Source: Halieaceae bacterium
GTDB lineage: Bacteria > Pseudomonadota > Gammaproteobacteria > Pseudomonadales > Halieaceae
Assembly (NCBI GenBank): GCA_024224435.1
Contig: JAAENL010000539.1
Coordinates: 1 to 55,563 of the forward strand
Direction: 5' to 3'
DNA: 55,563 nt
Made by a program: the position numbers and the translations under genes. A model generated the notes under the pieces. The model was given only the letters and a program-made list of their open reading frames with translations. It did not search any database and was not told the origin of the DNA. This document shows positions 19,401 through 28,400 of the stretch, piece after piece; the first letter of the stretch is position 1, and every line of letters starts with the position of its first letter.

Positions 19401-22400
19401 AACATGCCCGACTATGTGCGGAAAGTCTATTCGCTGGATGGGCTCTACACCAATGTCAATGCCAGGGGTATCCTCAGCGGCATGCGTGATTGGGCCGACG
19501 ATATGGCCATGGTGATGGGGGCCGGTTCAGCCGCCCAGGTAACCAATGCAGCCAATTTACGATTCATCTTGAACACTTTCTACGGTCTCGGGAGGATGGT
19601 CAAAGCGACGATCGTTTACTTTAAGGGAGGTGCGAGTCTTACAAATCAAGCCCTCTCTGGACAGCTTACAGGCTCATTTGCCAATGATCAATTGGGTCTG
19701 ATGAACGATATGAGTGAATATAGCTATGTCGATGATCTTTCAAGTACTTCGAGTTCCACTTTTCTCGACGAAGTGGATGATCTCAGCGTGCTAGAATTTG
19801 GAGACGACATACCTGATGGCTTGTCGCTAAGGAGTAACACGACGATCCAATCCGAAAGCGAATTTTTCAGTTCGATGGATGATTCAATACCCTATTTCGA
19901 TGACGTCATGGATAACGTACCCGTTGGTACCGGCCAATCTGCAACAGCTGAAACGGCTGCCTCACAGTCGAGTTCGATCAGCAAGCGCGCGCTCGCCGTG
20001 GCAATCATCATGACAGCTGTCTTTATCACCGTAACCTGGGTGATGTACAGCGCACAGGCGAAGAGCCTACAAGGTATGCAGAAGGATTACGCATTGGCCC
20101 AGGCGATCGCTGCCACGATTCTCTTGGTATTACAGCTGATCATCAGCCTGATTCTTATCGTATTCGCCTCTTCAGGGGTAGGGACGCTTATCGAACTCGC
20201 TATCTTTCTCATCGTCTATATTATCGTGAGTGCAATTACAGGGAATTGGAATCCCTTACAAACCTACAACTATCTTACGAAGTGGCTGGCCGATGCGCTC
20301 ATCGATTTCAAGCTGCTCTCGGATATCCCTAAGGATGGCGTCAGTACGGGGGATCTGAATTTCACGATGGATCAGTTCTCGACGACGACCAACGGTCCCT
20401 TGCCCAAGGCCTGGTATCAAATTACAACCACGATCAACACGCGCCTGTCTGGTGATGATTCCAGTAGCTGGGCCTATGTACGCTGGCAACAACCGGACAG
20501 TTCGCCTTGGTATCTGAATAATTACTCTGCTAGTAATAGTCCTACTAATACATTTGAAAAAGACATCTCTGCCGGTCAAGAAAACTGCAGCGACATATCC
20601 GGTGATGAACGAACCTGCATGACAGAGACTAGATTGCAGTTCCAACCTACGGCTGCCGGACGTAACACTGCCATTCCCTTCGCCAGTACATTTGAAGCGA
20701 ATCTGCAATATAAGAAATGCTGGTTGGGCGATACCGGCAAATTTGTCTCCGGCGGTAATAGTTGCTCTAAAGACCATCAATATGCCTATAGCAACGACCC
20801 AGCAACGGCCATCGACCTCGCAACCCAGTACTTCTACCTCGATGTCCTACCGGCTTCGCTGGACGAGCTGTTCAACTGGGATGCTTACGAACCGCCTACC
20901 AGTACGGTTGATACCGGTGATGATTCGAGATATCCAGATTTTAACCTTGATATCGACAATGATGGCTTGACCGCCAGTTCGGAAAGCAGTCTTGGCACCG
21001 ACGACACTCTTTGGGATAGTGACGGCGATGGTCTCAGCGATGGTTTTGAATATGTAAACAGCGGCTATGGTGTCGATCCCACTATGGCGGATAGTGATAG
21101 TGACGGCCTCGACGACAAGGATGAATATCTGTATGGCACATTGCCTGGTCTGGCAGATACCGATGGCGACGGCCTCAGCGATGGCGAGGAGATCTGCCGC
21201 ATCGACGAATCTGGCGCACCGGTCGGTGGCTGGAAAGCATTTCAAGTAGGCGGTTATCAGATCTGCTCTGATCCGCTAAAGGGCGATGCTGATGGCGACG
21301 GTTTAATCGACAGCCTGGAAATGGAAGCAGGTCTCAGCCCCTATGCCCCAGATACAGCCCCAAGATTGGTACTCAGCCCAATGCCGAGTGTTTTGGCGAA
21401 TTTCGGACTGGTCTCAGTCCTCAGGGCTGGCGACCCAATGTCTGTTACGCTCAGGCTTTTCAATTCGACAGCCAATACGATCGATCAGCCGATAACACTT
21501 TATTACGAAACGGCGGATATCGAGGCACTGACGGTGCTAAAACAGTCAGGATCGTTGGGATACACTCCTCCCTTGCCCAATCCCGTCGCCGGCGGCCTGG
21601 AATGGGATACGGCAAATAATCCGCTCGATGCTGCAGAATCGCTGACATCGACATTAGAGAGTGCAGTCTTCTCCGACATCACCACCTCGCAAGTAACTGA
21701 GATGCAAGCGACTGCTTTGTATACCGATGTCGCCACAAACCAGCTAAAGACAGTCACCGATACCATCACCGTTCTGATCGACGAGGATGCGCCTAGTTCC
21801 ATTGTGACGGTACCGGGCAATGGCAGTGCGATCAACGGCAATGCCTTCGCGGTAGGCGGTGTAGCCAGCGATCCCACGTCCTGGCCGTCAATTGTAAACG
21901 TAAGGGCGACAGGAAGCGGCTACGACAGTGGCTGGCAAACTTCAGAAGGAGCGAACAGTTGGGTTTGGACGTGGACACCACTGCCGGACGATGGCGTCTA
22001 TACGATACAGAGCCAGACAATTGATTATGTGAACAATACCGAATCACCTGGCGCGGGCGTTAGTGTCATTGTTGACAATACGGCGCCTGGTGCTGGTTTT
22101 ACTAACCTGACCGATGGCCAAGCCCTGTCCCGCATCCGCGGCAATCGCGTAGCCGTGCAAGGGAATGCGACAGACCTGTTATCAGGAGCGGCGCAAGTGG
22201 CGGGCCTTCAGACCATTCAACTCAGCATCGACGGCCGGCCCTGGGTCAATGTAGAGAATTACCCTTCCACCCATCCAGCGACCGCTACCTGGAACTTCAA
22301 TTGGACGGTTGATGCCTCCTCATATGGTCAGCATACCCTGGCCATACGGGCAATAGACGCTCTAGGCCAGGTTGGTGACGCCACCGAGATCGATGTGATC

Positions 22401-25400
22401 ATCGATACGCTGGAGCCGACAGATATGTGGTCGAATTACCAGGCCAATCTGGTGGCGGGGCAGGCTTTTGAGCTTTTAGGGCATGCAGACGACGAGGGTA
22501 ATGTGCCCTTGCCCGCCCGGCCCTACGAACTGGAGAGCTTCATGGACTCGGTTATCTCAGCCACGGTGCTGCTAATGCCCGAGAGCTATACGGATACCCA
22601 GGGTATGACTGTCGACTGGCTGGGTGATGTAAACGGCGATGCCCGCGCCGATTTCGCCGTGGGGATGCCTGCTCAGAACATCGATGGTCAGGTCGCTGCA
22701 GGCCGGGTTGCGGTGGTCTATGGTTCGCCTGGTGGCTGGCCTATACCTTCCGACGCGGTGGCTCTGGCTGAAACCACAGCTTCCTTCGTGGGCTCGTTCG
22801 CTGGTGTGCAGCTCGGACAGGTGCTAACGCCAGCCGGCGATGCTAATGGCGATGGTCTCAGTGATTTCCTGATCGGCGATCCTGTCAATGTCCAGGCCTA
22901 TCTGGTCTATGGCCAGGCTACTGGACTGGCAAAGGACTTCGATCTGGCCGATCTCGCTCAAAGTGGTAATGGTACCAAAGGTAAGATCTTTTCGGCCAGG
23001 CAAGGCCAGGTTGGCAACTGGATCTCATCTGCCGGCGATGTCAACGGCGATGGTTTCGATGAGATTTTGGTAGGCGTCACGGCCCTGGGCAATGGTAACG
23101 GTGCTGTTTACCTGGTACAAGGGCGCACAGCCACCAGTACCTCCGGTACTCAATTCGTTGATACATTGAGTGGCGCTTCGGCAGTCTCGATCGAGTACTT
23201 CCAGCTAGACAATAATGGCGCTGTTGCCACGGGCGTTGGCGACATCAATGCGGATGGCTATTATGACTTCGTGATCGCGGATCCGAACAACAGCTTTGGC
23301 GCCGGCCAGGCTGCGGTTTATCTTTTCTTAGGACCTGTCAACTGGCGGAAGTCGAGTGAGACGGGCGCGCTCAATCCTCTGAACAGTGCCAACGCCAGTT
23401 TCGTTGGCGACGTCGGCGCAGCTGTGGGTTCAGAGGTTGTGGCTTTGGGTGATGTCAACGGAGATGGTCTACCTGACTTCGCCTACTCGAGCGGCAATGC
23501 GCCGCGGGTCGTGTATGGCAGGAGTTCGGGTTGGAGCATGGGCATGAGTGCTGACGTCAGTTTCGATGGCTATTCTCCACCTCCGAACAGTTTTATCGCC
23601 GCACCAGGTGATGTGAATGTAGATGGCATCAACGATATCCTGCTTGGCGCCACGGGTGGGGGTAGTCGGGCGTACCTGGTGCACGGCTCAGCCGATCTGG
23701 CCACGAACCAGCCAGTTCAGGCGCAGATCAGTGGTGTAAGCAGTGCGGCCTCGGCCCCTTACGCCGCCGGCGCAGACCTGAACTGCGATCTCTCTTCCGA
23801 CCTGTTACTTGTCCCCACCGGCGAGTATACGGTGCAGGCAGCCAGTGGCAGCGCCCTTTCCTTGCGCGCAGGCGCTGTGGCCATGGATCAACATGGCCGT
23901 TGGATTGGCCCGGCGCCTCGCCCACGTGGTTTAGGTGAGTTGCCAGCCCGGAGTTCACTCGCAGGCGCGGCCACACAGCAGATGCTCTCTGCTACCGGCT
24001 TGCAAAGCCCTGCCGGCGATGATGCATTAACAACAAGTGCTTTGGCCTTCCGTCTGTACGACAACAACATCGGTGACTGGGTGACAGACGCTGCCATCAC
24101 CGGCGATTGGGATGGCGACGGCCTCAGCGATGTGGCAGGCTGGACCGGTTCAGCCTGGAGAACCTGGCGCGCAAATGGCTTGAATGCTAACGCAGTACAG
24201 TTCACAGAATACACGAATAACATGACCTTATCAGAGAAAGTCGGTGCCACCATACTGCAGGGCGATTTTGATGGCGACGGATTGGATGATCTGGCCGCCT
24301 GGGATGGCAGTGCCTGGCAGTTCGAGCGCGCAACAGGCGCTTCGGATGGCAACTTTAGCTTTGCCGCCATCCCAAGTGATCTAGGCGCTCTGTCTGGCGG
24401 CGATTCAAATAAGATGTTTGTTGGCGACTTCGACGGCGACGGCAAAACCGATGTGGCAGGATGGGATGGTAGTGTCTGGGCGACGTACATCTCAAGTGGC
24501 AACAGCAGTGCCTTCAACTTTACAACAGTCAGCAACAACCTGGGCAGCCTGGTGTCAGGTGATGCCGGCTCGCTGATCAGCGGCGACTTTGATGGGGATG
24601 GTATGTCAGATATCGCATCCCGCAATTCAGATGATAGCAACTGGGTTGTCTGGATCAGCGGCGGCGTCTCTGCTGGGACTTTGAGCTTCCAACAGGTCAC
24701 AGATAATTCCCTGGGTTATGCCATGAATAGCACAGTCTCACGCGCGGCTGCTGATTTCAGCGGCGACGGGAAGACGGATGTACTTGCTCTTCTCGACACT
24801 GATTTCTTCGCCTGGTTGTCACAGGCTTCGCCCGGCAGCGGCGCCGTGCCCTTCCTCCAGATTCACGCCAATGCCAAACAGTTCAGTGGCAGTTTCGTCG
24901 ACGACACATTGATCGGCGATTTCGACGGGGATGGCAAGGCAGACTATGCCTCGCTTAATGTCACGGGCGATGGCTGGCGCTTCCAACTGGCGGGCCTGGC
25001 AACCGTGCGCTACGTGGATGACGACTACTGCCCAGCCTGCGCCAATGATGGCCACAGCTGGGACATAAATGCCTTTGACAACCTGCAATCTGCGCTGGAT
25101 ATCGCCTGGTTTGGCGACTCGATCGAGGTGGCTGCGGGCGTGTACAGCTCGGCGGTGATCCATGCGGGCCAGGATTACCTGACGCTGCGCGGGAGCGATC
25201 CGGATGCGGTTTTCCTGGACGCGCAAGGGGGCGCCGGTATCACCATCCTGCCCACTGACGAAGTCTCTAACACCTATCCCAACATCGAGGGCGTAACCAT
25301 CCAAAATCTGACGATACGAAACGCCTTAACCGGCATCAAACTGAACTATGGCGGACAGGTTACCGCCGACCCTGCTGTGAATGATGCGCGTAATGTGGTG

Positions 25401-28400
25401 ATCAAGCATGTTCTGTTCGACCAGGATATCGCCGGCAGTACGGCCATTGACGCCTTTCTTTCCGCTCTATGGCTGCGCCACAATACCCTGGTTTCCAATG
25501 CCTCAGGCGTTACACTGGTCAACAATAACTCCGGCCCCCTGACACAGAATTTCATTTTCTTACAGGACAACCTGTTCGTGGCCTTACCAAATGCAGCGCC
25601 CCTACCATTCTGGTGGAACGACAGCAGTAGCCAGATCCCCGCAATAACGCTTAGCAATGGCTTTGCCAGTCAAAATGGCGCCGACGGCGATTGGCAAAGC
25701 TCGCCGACCGGCACGCAGATGACGGTGCAGGATGCGAAGTTCCTCAATTCGGTAGACGGATTATTCAGATTGAAATCCGGTTCGGCAGCGATCGCACAAG
25801 CCAGCAATGGCAAGGACCAGGGGTACTACACCTATCGAGCTCCGGTCTATGTGGATGCCACCTACTGCGAGAACTGCGAGAACGACGGCCGCAGTTGGGG
25901 TGTGGATGCGTTTAATAGCATCCAGGGTGGGATTGCCAGCGGTGCTCAAAGCGTGCTAATTGAGCCAGGCGAGTATCGTGAACGCATTTCCCTGGTCAAT
26001 GGTGTGAAAGTGTTCGGCTCCGGCGCCGGCCTTACCATCCTTGCACCGCCTGATGATATGGGTGGCTATCTGGTGGGTGTAGAGAATGCCAGGGAGACTG
26101 CCCTGGCCTTGATCACGCTGGCGGGTGAGGATAAGGTCAATGGCATCACGGTTGACAGCGAAGGCGACGTCAGTCTAAAACGACTGATCGTGCGCAACAT
26201 GGGCACGGCGGTTAATATCAGCGGCAGTACAGCCCAGGCAACGTTGATCAACGACACCATAGTAAGCAACGAGAATGGCGTCGTTGCAAGCAGCTGTGGC
26301 AATGTGGATATACGCAACAGCATCCTGGCCTTCCAGCAACAGGTGGGCTTGAGCTATGAAACGAATGGCTGCCCAAGTACCCAGACCTTGTTACATAACT
26401 TCAACGCCTACTGGCGCAATAGCAATGATTTCGAAATTGATGGAACAGCGGTTGACCAACCTGGTTCAGGCGAGATCTTCGCCGATCCACGCTTTAGGGA
26501 CGTGAGCAAAAGTGACTACCGTCCTCTTGGCGACTCACCTGTGGTGGATGCCGGGGATCCCAGCGATCCGGCGCCGCCTGGCAGTGGAGTACGGGTGGAC
26601 CTGGGATATGCGCAGGCGGCAGAGGCATCGGTCTATGCCAGCAAAAGCTACTGCGAACAATGCCTGAATGATGGTTTAGAATGGCAGGTCACAGCCTTTG
26701 ACACGATCCAGGACGCGGTGGACAACATACCCGATCTGGCTGGCATGTGGACGGTAGGTGTGGATGGCGGCGAGATCGGCGCCATGGTCTATGATGAAAA
26801 CGTCGTCCTGAAGAGTGGCGTCCGCCTGGTAGGGAACGGCGCTGAAACCACCATTATCGATGCAAACAATAGCGGTTCAGCGCTCACGCTCAACGGTGTG
26901 ACCAACGTCGAAATCTTGGGCTTTACTATTACGGATGGTGGACAGGACTTCAACGACGCGGGTATCCTGGTATCGGCCGCCTCGAACAGGATAACCATAA
27001 CCAAGAACATCATCGGTGGGCTTTCGCCCCTCAGCGGAGTTCCCGGAAATGGCAATGTAGGCGTCCTCTTCCAGTCGGGTTCGAGTGGCCAGATGACTTT
27101 TAACACGATTGCCCAGAACTTCAACCAGGGCGTCGTCGTCGCAGACCCCGATACCTGGCTGCACGCGCGATACAATATCATCGCCCAGAATGATGTGGGC
27201 TTCGACGACACAGGAGGTGGTCAGATCTTTAACAGCTATAATCTAGTCTACAATAGCGACTCTAGTTGGTGTGCCACCTGTGTGGATTACGTCGGAAGTG
27301 TATCATCCGGTCTGGGTGAAATCAATCAGGTTCCCCTGTTCACCGACAGCGATAATGGTAACTTCAAATTGACTACTTCATCTCCGGCTGTAGATGCCAT
27401 CCCCAAGGGTGAGTACGCCGCGGTGGCCATTGGGGGAGGCGCCAAGGCCGATATGGGATACCGTGAACTCCTCGCAGTTCCGGCTACCCTTCTCCTTGGC
27501 AAACAGGGTGACTCCTGTGGCCTCGGTAGCGCCGGGATTTCGTCAGTACAGGTCGGTCTCGTGCACGTGACAGATGCGACGCAGAGCCCTGATTCGACTG
27601 TACCAGCTACTTGGCAAGGGGCGGCGCTGAGTAGCGCTGGCCAACCTGGCTCCTACTGGACAACTACGATTACCCCTGACCAGGGTGACGGCCTTTACCG
27701 GCTGTATAGCAAACCCAGCGACGGCGTGAATAACACACCCAACTTAGCTATGGACTGGTTCCGTTCCGAATTCATCGCCGATGGCGCCGCTCCTACAGTC
27801 AACCTGATCGAACCTGCCGATGGCACGGCGACCAGCGCTCCGGCGATAACCCTAAGTATGGATGTCAGCGACTGGGTGCCGACGGGCTTTACGGGTGAGA
27901 GCATATATAATGTGGCGGGCGTCTATTTCGACGTGGACGGCAACGTAATCACAGCCACGCAGTCGAGTACAATCCCTTCGACTGGCGGTGCGCAGCGATA
28001 CGAGCGGCAGATCGCTCTGGAGAACGGCACCCACACGATCATCGCTTACGCCTCTGATCAGGCAGGAAACATTGGCCAGAGCAGCCTGGCGCAGATGACG
28101 GTGGTAACAACACAAAATGAAGCGGCCCTGACCAATCCCGCGCCCGATAGCGCGGTTGCCAGTGCAAGTGTCAACCTGGAGGGCTTCGTGCACTACCAGG
28201 ATACTTCTGGTGATGGGCAGGTCGAGATCCTGGTCGACGGCGTGTCCCAAGGAATGGCCGCATTATCCGACACCTCGGCCCAGGATGGTAGCTGGAGCAA
28301 AGCGGTAACTCTGGCAGGCGATGGCAGTCATACTATCACAATGCGCGCCAGTCGCACCGCAGGCATGACGGCCGCCAACGATACGGTTTCTACAATCGTT

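Noticed and set aside
22620-25000. RTX/T1SS substrate or eukaryotic integrin
   Set aside because: The repeats are GDxxGDG FG-GAP/VCBS type, not GGxGxDxLx nonapeptides. The proteins have Sec-type signal peptides and bacterial RBSs, and no T1SS genes are present.
9458-27470. Multiheme cytochrome interpretation of the CxxC motifs
   Set aside because: No CxxCH; the motifs are CxxC(E/A/D/L)N caps of beta-helix modules.
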